From: Patescibacteria group bacterium
GTDB taxonomy: Bacteria > Patescibacteriota > Patescibacteriia > SG8-24 > DYFX01
Direction of reading: 5' to 3'
Assembly (NCBI GenBank): GCA_030583805.1
Contig: CP129476.1
Location: 53,453-117,452 of the forward strand
Length of the DNA: 64,000 bases
Shown: positions 56,276 to 64,000 of the stretch, one piece after another
Layout: every line of letters begins with the position of its first letter
How positions within the stretch are numbered: position 1 is the stretch's first letter
The notes under the pieces: generated by a model
What the model saw: only the letters and a program-made list of their open reading frames with translations
Database searches by the model: none
Told to the model about the DNA's origin: nothing
Translations under genes and position numbers: made by a program

Positions 56276-57655
56276 ATGACGGTGCGGGCGCTGGTCTGGC
56301 AGCGCTCGTTTTGCTACGCTGAACAGCGTATGTACGAGCTTCGCGACCCCATTCACCAGACGATCGAATTTGACGATCGGGAAAAAGCGGTTATCGACCA
56401 CCCGGTTTTTCAGCGCATGCGGTACGTGCGTCAGCTCGGCTTGTCGTATCTCGTCTATCCGGGAGCGACCCACGACCGCTTCAGCCACATGCTGGGCGCG
56501 ATGCATATCGCAGGACGAGTTTGGGACAACATCGCGTCGGTCAGCGCCGACGTGCTGAAGCCGCTCTACAAGAAAAACGAACTGGCCTATTTCCGGCGCA
56601 TCCTCCGCTTTGCCGCGCTGCTGCATGACGTCGGGCACGCGCCGTTTTCGCACGTTTCGGAAAAGCTGATGCCGAAGTTTTCCGCGCTTGAGGCGCCGCG
56701 CGACTGGTACCGCGAGTACGATCTCGACGCGCCCGCCGAACACGAAGATTATTCGGTCATGATGATCGCGGCGCTCGGACGCGATCCTGGCGTGCCGATC
56801 GAGCCGTATGAAGCGCAAGATATCGCTTCGCTCTTACATCACGCCATCAAGCCGTCTTCGCGTTGGAGCAAAGCGTTCGGCGGGAAGAAGGGTGCGATTC
56901 ACGGCCTGCTCAGCGCGCTGATTTCAGGCGAGCTGGACGTCGATCGCATGGACTATCTCATGCGCGACGCGCATTTTACCGGCGTCGCCTACGGCTTTTA
57001 CGACAAAGACCATCTCATCCGCAATCTCGGCATGACGCTGCTGGACGGCCGTCCGACGCTCACGATCGATTCGACGGCCATGCGCGCGTTTGAAGATTTC
57101 CTCTTGGCGCGCTATCACATGTTCCTTCAGGTGTACCACCATAAGACGACCAACGGCTTCGATCATTTTTTGAAGCAGGCTTTCGCGCGGAGAGAAGTGC
57201 AGATCCATGTGCCCGGCACCGTGAGCGGGTACCTGCAGATGCGCGACAGCACGTTTCTTGAAGCGCTTTTTTCCGCCGCGGAGAATCCGAAAAACGTTTG
57301 GTCGCGGAGGTTCGCCGCGCGCGCTCCAGCCAAGCGCTTGTTTACCGCGAGCGGCGATCATCCGGAATCGCGCGAAACCATGCGCAAGCTGCGGAAAACG
57401 CTCAGTGCGGCGGGCGTGCCGTTTTTTGCCATCAACTCGCATCAATATCTCTCGAAACTGGACGCCTTCAAGAAATTCAAAAAAGCCGGCGACGCCAGGA
57501 TGTACGTCCGCGAAAAATCGTTGAACCGCATCGTCTTTACGCCGGTCGAGCACTACAGTTCGCTGCTCAAGAAATACAACGAGGTCATCGACATGGTGAA
57601 TCTCTACGTCTTGCCGGAGCACGAAAAGAAGGCGCTCAAGGCGATCGGCGCATGA
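56276..57655 (+). CDS. HD-domain dNTP triphosphohydrolase (dGTPase-like)
   Basis: GGGAGG RBS before ATG 56276. HD motif (THDRFSHMLGAMHI...LLHDVGHAPFSH). YELRDPIHQTIEF N-terminal signature. Confidence 0.8.
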   Translation: MTVRALVWQRSFCYAEQRMYELRDPIHQTIEFDDREKAVIDHPVFQRMRYVRQLGLSYLVYPGATHDRFSHMLGAMHIAGRVWDNIASVSADVLKPLYKKNELAYFRRILRFAALLHDVGHAPFSHVSEKLMPKFSALEAPRDWYREYDLDAPAEHEDYSVMMIAALGRDPGVPIEPYEAQDIASLLHHAIKPSSRWSKAFGGKKGAIHGLLSALISGELDVDRMDYLMRDAHFTGVAYGFYDKDHLIRNLGMTLLDGRPTLTIDSTAMRAFEDFLLARYHMFLQVYHHKTTNGFDHFLKQAFARREVQIHVPGTVSGYLQMRDSTFLEALFSAAENPKNVWSRRFAARAPAKRLFTASGDHPESRETMRKLRKTLSAAGVPFFAINSHQYLSKLDAFKKFKKAGDARMYVREKSLNRIVFTPVEHYSSLLKKYNEVIDMVNLYVLPEHEKKALKAIGA

Positions 57656-57698
57656 ATCTGGACAAAAGGCTCTCTGCGTGCTAGCATGACGGATCGCT

Positions 57699-58793
57699 AT
57701 GCATCTCGACACGCTCGCCACCGCGCTCGCAGGAGAACCGGCTTATCGCATCAAACAGGCTTCAGAACTCGTGTTCCGCGGCCTGATTTCCGATTGGGAC
57801 GAGGCAAGCTCTCTGCCGTTGGATCTGCGCGCCAAGCTCAAGGCCGAAGTGCCGATTTCGACCTTGGTGCCCGTTCAATCCTCCACGTCATCGAAAGGGG
57901 ATACGCAGAAGACCTTGTTCCGATTGACGGACGGCCAGCAGATCGAGGCAGTGCTCATGCGCCACGAGGGGGAACGCAACACGGTGTGCGTTTCTTCCCA
58001 GGCGGGCTGTCCCATGGCCTGCGCCTTTTGCGCGACCGGCACCATGGGCTTGAAACGCAATCTCGAGTCGCATGAAATCGTCGAGCAGGTGCTGCACTAC
58101 GCCCGCCTTCTCAAGCGCGAAGGCGACGTGCTGACGAACGTCGTCCTCATGGGCATGGGAGAGCCGTTTCATAATTACGACCGCGTCATGGACGCGCTGC
58201 GCCTCATGAACGATCCCAAAGGCTTGGCCTTCGGCGTTCGGCGCATGTCGATCAGCACCTGCGGCATCGTGCCGGGAATCTTGAAGCTCGCTGACGATCC
58301 GATGCGCGTGAACTTGGCGATCTCGCTCCACGCGCCGAATGACGACCTGCGTTCGCGGCTTATGCCGGTCAACAAGGCGTATCCGCTCGCCAAACTGTTT
58401 GACGCCATCAAAACCTACATTCGGAAGACCAACCGCAAGGTCATGTTCGAATACTTGCTGATCGAGGGCGTGAACGACACGCCGGAGATCGCCGAAGAGC
58501 TCGCGGATCTCCTGTGCCGCGAGAATCCTGACGGCAGCGGAGACCCGACGCCGCTCTACCACGTCAATCTTATCAAGTACCACGCGACCGAAGTCCTGGG
58601 ATCGGCCGCCGAGCGCTTCGGGCTTCCGGTCGATGCGCGCACGGGCAAGGGCACGTTCCCGTCGAGCCCGCTCGATCGCCGCCGCGCGTTCCAGCAAATA
58701 CTCTACGACCGCGGAATTTCGGTGACGCATCGCATCACCTTCGGGGAGGACATCGACGCCGCTTGCGGACAACTTGCAAACAAAGAGACCTAA
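57699..58793 (+). CDS. rlmN: 23S rRNA (adenine2503-C2)/tRNA methyltransferase RlmN (radical SAM)
   Basis: 364 aa. CxxxCxxC motif (CPMACAFCATG) and RlmN N-terminal domain. Confidence 0.9.
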   Translation: MHLDTLATALAGEPAYRIKQASELVFRGLISDWDEASSLPLDLRAKLKAEVPISTLVPVQSSTSSKGDTQKTLFRLTDGQQIEAVLMRHEGERNTVCVSSQAGCPMACAFCATGTMGLKRNLESHEIVEQVLHYARLLKREGDVLTNVVLMGMGEPFHNYDRVMDALRLMNDPKGLAFGVRRMSISTCGIVPGILKLADDPMRVNLAISLHAPNDDLRSRLMPVNKAYPLAKLFDAIKTYIRKTNRKVMFEYLLIEGVNDTPEIAEELADLLCRENPDGSGDPTPLYHVNLIKYHATEVLGSAAERFGLPVDARTGKGTFPSSPLDRRRAFQQILYDRGISVTHRITFGEDIDAACGQLANKET

Positions 58794-58819
58794 CGGTTAA
58801 GGTGCCGTTAGGTCTTTTG
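58789..58819 (+). terminator. intrinsic terminator after rlmN
   Basis: Hairpin CCTAACGG-TTAAGGTG-CCGTTAGG followed by TCTTTTG. Confidence 0.65.
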
Positions 58820-58849
58820 CGATACAAGGCTTCCACCCAGGAGGAGACG

Positions 58850-60667
58850 ATGTCCGACGAACAGAACGTCGAGCCGCCGCGGTGGGACCTGTCCAACAGG
58901 CTCTACGCCGGCATCGACGACAAGGCGCTCTGGGACGACCTGCGCGCGCTTGAGATCGAAGCGGCTGCTTTCTACGACGCCTTCCACGGCCGCGTCGAAA
59001 TCATGCTCGGTTCGGCGCTCTATGCCTACGAGCAGATCAAGATGCGCGAAGCCAAGATCACCGGTTACCTCGATCTGGCCGTGACGGAGCATGCGAGCGA
59101 GCGCCTGTCGATCAAGCGCCACGAGATCCTCGTTCGTTGGGAGAGCGTCAGCGCCGAAAAGCTGGATTTCTTCGAACAAGCCGTCGCCGAAATCGATGCG
59201 GACCGCGTCGAGAAGATGGCTGCGGCCGACGGCGTCATCCGCGCGTACGTGCCCTGGATCGTGCGGCTTCGCCAAGAAGCGAAACATCAGCTCGAAGACG
59301 GGCAGGAAGAAGCGGTCGCGAAGCGCGCGCCGTACGGTCCTGCCTCCTGGTACGAGTACACGAAGGAAGAACTGTCGCGCGCGCTGATCGACTTCGACGG
59401 CGCTCCGCGCAGCTTGAACGAACTCGACGGCATCTGGCGCCGCGATCCCGATCGCGAACGCCGCCGTCTCGCGCTTGCCGCGATGAACGATGCGCTGCGC
59501 GAGCGGATGGCGCGGCTTTCCGCACGGACGCTGAACGCGATCATCGGGTATCACGCGATCGAAACGGAAGATCGCAAATACGATGGCCCGATGGGGGAAC
59601 GGAACGCCGAGAATCGGATCGCGCAAGCCACGGTCGACATGGTCTGGGACGGGCTCAAGCACACGGCGTTTCCCGCCGCGCGCAAGTACGCCCAGCTTCA
59701 AGCGAAGCTCCTGCGCATGAAAATGCCGGAGGTGTCCGACTTGTGGGCGCCGTACGCGTTCGCTCCGGAACCGTTCGTGCCGTTCAACGAAGCGCTTCGC
59801 TGGGTCGATCTGGCCGTTCGGCAAATCGATCCCCGGTTGGCCGAGCACGTCAAGCGCCTCATGGATGAAAAGTACGTCGACGCGCAGCCGCGCCCCGGGA
59901 AATACACCGGAGCCTTCTGCCAGACGCTCGTGCTTTCGAATCGCGTTCCCGACGCGAACGTCATCATGAGTTACTACGGCACGATCGACGACGCCAACAC
60001 GCTCTGCCACGAGATGTTCCATGCCGTGAACGATCACGAGCTGGTTCCGCGGCACGGGCCGATCATGTCCTTCGTCTCGGCGCTCAACGCCGAACTCGTC
60101 GGCGTCATGGGCGACGCGCTCTGGTACGAAGTCGTGCGCAAGGAGATTGAAGCGTCCGGCGACGAGCTCCGGCTCCTCGCCCACGTGCTTCAGCGCCTCA
60201 AGCTGCTCTTCGCCTACTTGGTCGAAAGCGCCGTGCATTGGAGCTTCGAGCGGCGCATCCACGCCGTGGGACGCCCGCAAATGCCGGACGAATTCGTGCA
60301 GCACTCCCTTGATGCCTGGAAGGAAGTCTTCGGGCCTCAAGGCCGCAATGAAGTTGCGTACGCGTCCATCGACTACTACTGGACGATGTGCGAGAACTCC
60401 GGAGACCCGTTCTACGTGTTCGCCTATCCCTGCGCCGTCGGCGTCGCGCAAGCGATTCTGAACCGCCGTAAGGAACTCGGTGACGCGTTTCCCGGCTTGT
60501 GCCTGGACTTGTTCCAGAACAATAGCCAGAAGCGCATCGACGAGCTGGCCGTGCCGTTCGGGGTCGACATTCACAAGGACTTCTTCTTCCGGCAAATGTT
60601 CAAGTCTTGCCTTCAGCCGCTCATGGATGAAGCGGAGTGGCTGGCGAAGAAGTTGAAGATCATCTGA
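58850..60667 (+). CDS. M3 family oligoendopeptidase (PepF-like)
   Basis: GGAGGAG RBS before ATG 58850. HExxH zinc motif (HEMFHAVN). The opposite-strand 646-aa ORF was judged a shadow. Confidence 0.85.
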   Translation: MSDEQNVEPPRWDLSNRLYAGIDDKALWDDLRALEIEAAAFYDAFHGRVEIMLGSALYAYEQIKMREAKITGYLDLAVTEHASERLSIKRHEILVRWESVSAEKLDFFEQAVAEIDADRVEKMAAADGVIRAYVPWIVRLRQEAKHQLEDGQEEAVAKRAPYGPASWYEYTKEELSRALIDFDGAPRSLNELDGIWRRDPDRERRRLALAAMNDALRERMARLSARTLNAIIGYHAIETEDRKYDGPMGERNAENRIAQATVDMVWDGLKHTAFPAARKYAQLQAKLLRMKMPEVSDLWAPYAFAPEPFVPFNEALRWVDLAVRQIDPRLAEHVKRLMDEKYVDAQPRPGKYTGAFCQTLVLSNRVPDANVIMSYYGTIDDANTLCHEMFHAVNDHELVPRHGPIMSFVSALNAELVGVMGDALWYEVVRKEIEASGDELRLLAHVLQRLKLLFAYLVESAVHWSFERRIHAVGRPQMPDEFVQHSLDAWKEVFGPQGRNEVAYASIDYYWTMCENSGDPFYVFAYPCAVGVAQAILNRRKELGDAFPGLCLDLFQNNSQKRIDELAVPFGVDIHKDFFFRQMFKSCLQPLMDEAEWLAKKLKII

Positions 60668-60696
60668 TCGGGCGCCTGCCCGATCTTTTCTTTTTC
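60667..60696 (+). terminator. intrinsic terminator after pepF-like gene
   Basis: Hairpin ATCGGGC-GCCT-GCCCGAT followed by CTTTTCTTTTTC. Confidence 0.7.
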
Positions 60697-60732
60697 GATG
60701 ACTCGTGCTAGGTTCCGACCGAGGAGGCACGA

Positions 60733-61689
60733 ATGATTGAAAAACCATCCGCGGACACGCTGGCTATCAGCTTGCAGACGCGCGCTTGGGCTCTCGGCTT
60801 GGAGGCGTACGCGCATCGCCTGGAGTATGCCCGCCGGCCCGGCAAGGTCCGCATGAGCCGCGCCGGAGAAGATCCGCATGCTGCCGTAGCGAGTTACGCT
60901 CCGTACCAGTGGCCGCTTCTCGAAATCGATGATCGTCGCTGGCCTGATGCGCCGATCGTGCTCATCACGGCGACGATGCACGGCGATGAAATCGCCGGGG
61001 CGCTCACGCTCTATCATCGTTTCGAGGAGATCGTGCAGATCGCCTCGGAGGCGAGGCTCGCGCTTCTGTGCTTCCCGCTCGTGAACCCTTCCGGCTTCGA
61101 AAACGGGGAACGGTATGGCATGGACGGTGCGCCGCCGGAGGGCAACAACGATTACCTGCGCTACAGAACGTTCGGCGGCGAGTGGATCTGGGATTTGCGC
61201 GAAGATCATTCCATTACGGAGTGGCGATGGTCGTCCGATCCCACGCTGCCGAACCCGCCCGCGCTGCCTGCTGAAACGCGTCTCATGCACGAGCGTCTGA
61301 AGCTGATCGACTGGCCGCGGGTTGTTGCCGCCATTGATCTGCATCAGGATCGCATCACGCCCGGCGTCGGCCCCGGCGCCTATCACTACGGCTACGGCGA
61401 TCTCGGACGCTATGCGGATATCGTATCGCGCATCGCCAAGAGGGTTCCGATCCTCGCCGACCGCGACTTCGGCGTCGATCTGAGCCAGCCAACGAACACG
61501 ATGCGAACCGATGCGCGGGGTTTCATCGTTCGGCATGACGGTACCTCAAGCGATCTGTGGCACCGTCTAGGCGTGCCGCATGCGATCGTGGCCGAAACGT
61601 CCGGCGCGACCCCGCTCGAGGACGTCATCGAGGTCAATATGGAATGGATCCGCGGCCTCTGCCGTCTCGCGACTCAACGCCGACCCTGA
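60733..61689 (+). CDS. succinylglutamate desuccinylase/aspartoacylase (AstE/AspA, M14-like) family zinc hydrolase
   Basis: 318 aa. GAGGAGG RBS. HGDE zinc-binding motif (TATMHGDEIAG). Family-typical size. Confidence 0.7.
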   Translation: MIEKPSADTLAISLQTRAWALGLEAYAHRLEYARRPGKVRMSRAGEDPHAAVASYAPYQWPLLEIDDRRWPDAPIVLITATMHGDEIAGALTLYHRFEEIVQIASEARLALLCFPLVNPSGFENGERYGMDGAPPEGNNDYLRYRTFGGEWIWDLREDHSITEWRWSSDPTLPNPPALPAETRLMHERLKLIDWPRVVAAIDLHQDRITPGVGPGAYHYGYGDLGRYADIVSRIAKRVPILADRDFGVDLSQPTNTMRTDARGFIVRHDGTSSDLWHRLGVPHAIVAETSGATPLEDVIEVNMEWIRGLCRLATQRRP

Positions 61690-61707
61690 CCGGTCGGCCT
61701 TTTATTG
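61679..61707 (+). terminator. intrinsic terminator candidate after AstE/AspA-like gene
   Basis: Hairpin GCCGACC-CTGACC-GGTCGGC followed by CTTTTATT. The stop codon lies in the loop. Confidence 0.5.
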
Positions 61708-61723
61708 CCAATTTTTTCCTCAT

Positions 61724-62620
61724 ATGATACGTTTTTCCCACGAACGTATGCGAAAGACTTCCCTGAACGTCATTGGCATCATGGGCCTCGGCATGGTCGG
61801 CGGAGCCCTTTTTCGGTATTTCGAAAAGACCCGCGGCCTCGTTCCTGGCGAAACCTTGATCGGCTACGACCCGATGAAGGAGGGCTATCAGGACATCGAA
61901 CCGATGCAGAAAGCGGAAATCGTTTTCATCGGCGTGCCGACCCCGTATCTCACGGGCGAAGACGGCAAGATCGGCTTCGACGAATCCTACGTGCGCGCCG
62001 CTATCGAAGCGCTCCGCGATCCGAAAATCATCGTCATCAAATCGACGGTCCTTCCGGGTACGACCGAACGCATGCAGAAGGACTACCCGCAGCACAAGTT
62101 CCTGTTCAATCCGGAATTCCTGACGGAAATTTCCGCCGACCAGGACATGAACTACCCCGATCGCCAGTTGATCGGTACGACCGAGGAGTCGTACAACGTC
62201 GCGCTCGACGTCATGCACCTCCTGCCGATGGCGCCGTTCGAGCGCGTCATGCGCGCCCGCGAGGCGGAGATGGTCAAGTATTACAGCAACACCTGGTTCT
62301 CCACCAAAGTGGTTTTTGCCAACCAGATGTACGATCTCTGCCAAGCGCTTGAAGTCGACTATGATGTCGTGAAGGACGGCGCCGCAGCCGACAAGCGCAT
62401 CGGCCGCACGCATCTCGAAGTGTTCCACAAGGGCTATCGCGGCTATGGCGGCAAGTGCCTGCCGAAAGACACGCGCGCCCTGATCCAGCTCGGCGACCAG
62501 CTCGGCGTCGAGATGGCGCTCCTGAAGCGCGTCGAAGAATTGAACAACGCGCTCGTCGAAGCGCGCGCTGAAAAGAAAGCTGCGGAGCAGGCAGGGGAAA
62601 AAGCTCCGCAACCGGCCTGA
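61724..62620 (+). CDS. UDP-glucose/GDP-mannose 6-dehydrogenase family protein, short form lacking the C-terminal UDP-binding domain
   Basis: About 299 aa (start ATG 61724 or 61748). N-terminal NAD-binding domain (IGIMGLGMVGG) and catalytic Cys region (GYGGKCLPKD). Ends with a low-complexity tail. Confidence 0.7.
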   Translation: MIRFSHERMRKTSLNVIGIMGLGMVGGALFRYFEKTRGLVPGETLIGYDPMKEGYQDIEPMQKAEIVFIGVPTPYLTGEDGKIGFDESYVRAAIEALRDPKIIVIKSTVLPGTTERMQKDYPQHKFLFNPEFLTEISADQDMNYPDRQLIGTTEESYNVALDVMHLLPMAPFERVMRAREAEMVKYYSNTWFSTKVVFANQMYDLCQALEVDYDVVKDGAAADKRIGRTHLEVFHKGYRGYGGKCLPKDTRALIQLGDQLGVEMALLKRVEELNNALVEARAEKKAAEQAGEKAPQPA

Positions 62621-62624
62621 AACG

Positions 62625-62650
62625 ATAGACCTTGAACGGTCTATTTTTTC
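62625..62650 (+). terminator. intrinsic terminator
   Basis: Hairpin ATAGACC-TTGAAC-GGTCTAT followed by TTTTTT. Confidence 0.7.
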
Positions 62651-62668
62651 ATGCTAGCCTGATGCGTT

Positions 62669-63757
62669 ATGTGGCAAAACAACGGCAAGCCAAAAGTGAT
62701 GGTCGGCATGTCCGGCGGCGTGGATTCTTCCGTGGCCGCATCCTTGCTGTTGGATCAGGGCTACGACGTCGTGGGCGCTTTTATGAAGAATTGGTCGGAC
62801 AGCAAGGATCCCAAGACGGGGGAGTGCGCCTGGAAAGAGGAGCGCCGCGATGCCATGCGCGTCGCCGCGCAGCTCGGCATCCCGTTCGTCACCTTTGATT
62901 TTGAAAAAGAATACAACGAAGCGGTCGTCCAGTATCTCTATCGGGAATACGCCGCCGGACGCACGCCGAATCCGGACGTGATGTGCAATCGCGCCGTGAA
63001 GTTCGATCTCTTCCTGAAAGAAGCGCTCAAAGCGGGCGCCGACTTCATCGCGACCGGCCACTACGCGCGCGTCGCGAAAAAAGACGACGGTTCGTTCGCG
63101 CTCCTGGCCGGACTCGACCGCTCCAAAGACCAATCGTATTTCGTTTTCTCGCTCGGACTAGAGCAGCTGAAGCGCGTCCTGTTTCCGGTCGGCCATCTCG
63201 ACAAGCGCGACGTGCGCGCCTATGCCCGCGACAAGGGCTTGGAAACCGCCGAGAAAAAAGACTCGCAGGGCATCTGCTTCATCGGCCAAGTCGAAATTCG
63301 CGAGTTCCTGAAGCGCGCGCTCACGCCGAAACCCGGCGAAATCGTCACGGTAGAAGGGAAAGTCATCGGACAACACGACGACGCGCAAGCGTTCACGCTC
63401 GGACAGCGGCACGGCCTCAAAGTCGGCGGAGGGCCGGCGCTGTATGTCGTTGCGGTCGATGTGACAAGCGGCGTGGTCACGGTCGCCCAGGGCGCCGATC
63501 ATCCGGCCTTGTTCAAGCAAAAACTCGAAGCGGGAGAATGGCATTGGGTCTCCGGCGCTGCGCCGGCAACGCCGTTGTACGCCCAAGCGCGCATCCGCTA
63601 TCGACAACCGCTTCAAGAATGCGAAGTGCATCCGACTGCGCAGGGCTATGAACTCCGTTTCGCCAAGCCGCAACGCGCGGTGACGCCCGGCCAATTCGCC
63701 GTGCTCTACGATGGCGACGAAGTGCTCGGTGGAGGCGTGATCCTAAGCGGTACGTAA
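62669..63757 (+). CDS. mnmA: tRNA-specific 2-thiouridylase MnmA
   Basis: 362 aa. PP-loop VGMSGGVDSSVAA, then CNRAVKF and MnmA C-terminal domains. Confidence 0.9.
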   Translation: MWQNNGKPKVMVGMSGGVDSSVAASLLLDQGYDVVGAFMKNWSDSKDPKTGECAWKEERRDAMRVAAQLGIPFVTFDFEKEYNEAVVQYLYREYAAGRTPNPDVMCNRAVKFDLFLKEALKAGADFIATGHYARVAKKDDGSFALLAGLDRSKDQSYFVFSLGLEQLKRVLFPVGHLDKRDVRAYARDKGLETAEKKDSQGICFIGQVEIREFLKRALTPKPGEIVTVEGKVIGQHDDAQAFTLGQRHGLKVGGGPALYVVAVDVTSGVVTVAQGADHPALFKQKLEAGEWHWVSGAAPATPLYAQARIRYRQPLQECEVHPTAQGYELRFAKPQRAVTPGQFAVLYDGDEVLGGGVILSGT

Positions 63758-63760
63758 AAA

Positions 63761-63785
63761 GGCTCCCGAACGGGAGCCTTATTTG
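63761..63785. terminator. bidirectional intrinsic terminator between convergent genes
   Basis: Hairpin GGCTCCCG-AA-CGGGAGCC flanked by AAAAA upstream and TTATTTG downstream. Confidence 0.65.
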
Positions 63786-64000
63786 TATCCGATCTTGCGG
63801 AGCATCTCGCCACGATCCCAACCGTCCGGCGTTCCGCCGTTGGCCACGCGCCAGAGATCGGCGCCGAGCGTCCGCGCGAGAGAGCCTCCGTCTTTCAAGG
63901 CGCTGACCCAGTCCTTCGGCCACCAGTCCGGATCGTCGCTCCCGGCGCCCATCATGGCGCCGACCATCGAGGCGACGGTGTCGGTATCGCCGCCGGCGTT
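63779..64000 (-). CDS. hypothetical protein, C-terminal fragment (gene start beyond window end)
   Basis: Open frame continues to the window edge. C-terminal residues ...DWVSALKDGGSLARTLGADLWRVANGGTPDGWDRGEMLRKIGYK. No domain recognised. Confidence 0.35.
   Translation of the reverse strand, partial: NAGGDTDTVASMVGAMMGAGSDDPDWWPKDWVSALKDGGSLARTLGADLWRVANGGTPDGWDRGEMLRKIGYK

Noticed and set aside
58808-60748. 646-aa minus-strand ORF
   Set aside because: The plus-strand frame carries the HEMFH M3 peptidase motif and a GGAGGAG RBS. The minus frame is R-rich shadow.
63782-63967. Apparent 1-nt frame inconsistency in the final partial minus-strand ORF when read from the displayed text
   Set aside because: The displayed sequence totals 63,999 characters, so one base appears lost in formatting near the window end. 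This is treated as a display artefact, not a biological frameshift.

Overview
High-GC (~64%), densely coding bacterial window with no rRNA, tRNA, CRISPR or transposase/integrase genes. Most long antisense ORFs in the six-frame track are GC-driven shadow frames.

Housekeeping genes flank and interrupt a ~30 kb cell-envelope glycan locus (about 7.6-39.3 kb). The housekeeping set is ybaB(partial)-dnaB, folD-glyA, murC, murB, hpf-secA, secD-secF, rlmN, pepF-like and mnmA.

The glycan locus holds seven GT4 glycosyltransferases, including a tandem GT4-GT4 fusion and a GT4 fused to a GT-C-like membrane domain. It also holds a Wzy/WaaL-like protein with a TPR tail, a Wzx flippase, a WbaP-type initiating phosphotransferase, Gmd, a UXS-like dehydratase and a SAM methyltransferase.

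Within the locus, a 9-gene minus-strand operon (17889-25714) has overlapping start/stop codons and reads like a WbpB/WbpE/WbpD-type diamino-sugar pathway plus an N-formyltransferase. Embedded in it is a SucC-like / SucD-like / citrate-synthase-like trio resembling a split ATP-citrate-lyase (citryl-CoA synthetase + citryl-CoA lyase).

The locus also encodes a secreted protein built from four near-identical 621-bp tandem repeats.

Outside the locus, features of note are:
- a PAS-GGDEF protein with a degenerate HGDEF A-site but an intact RxxD I-site;
- a CMP-Kdo synthetase module;
- SecD carrying an inserted parvulin PPIase domain;
- a TM-less VirD4/TraG-like ATPase preceded by a membrane protein;
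- an ECF sigma/anti-sigma pair;
- an L,D-transpeptidase with Ca-binding-type Asp repeats;
- a truncated UDP-glucose-dehydrogenase-like gene.

Several intrinsic terminators and sigma70-like promoters are visible by eye. Gene content (DUF5667-like anti-sigma, T4SS-like ATPase, compact overlapping operons) resembles uncultivated reduced-genome lineages, but the taxon cannot be assigned from sequence alone.
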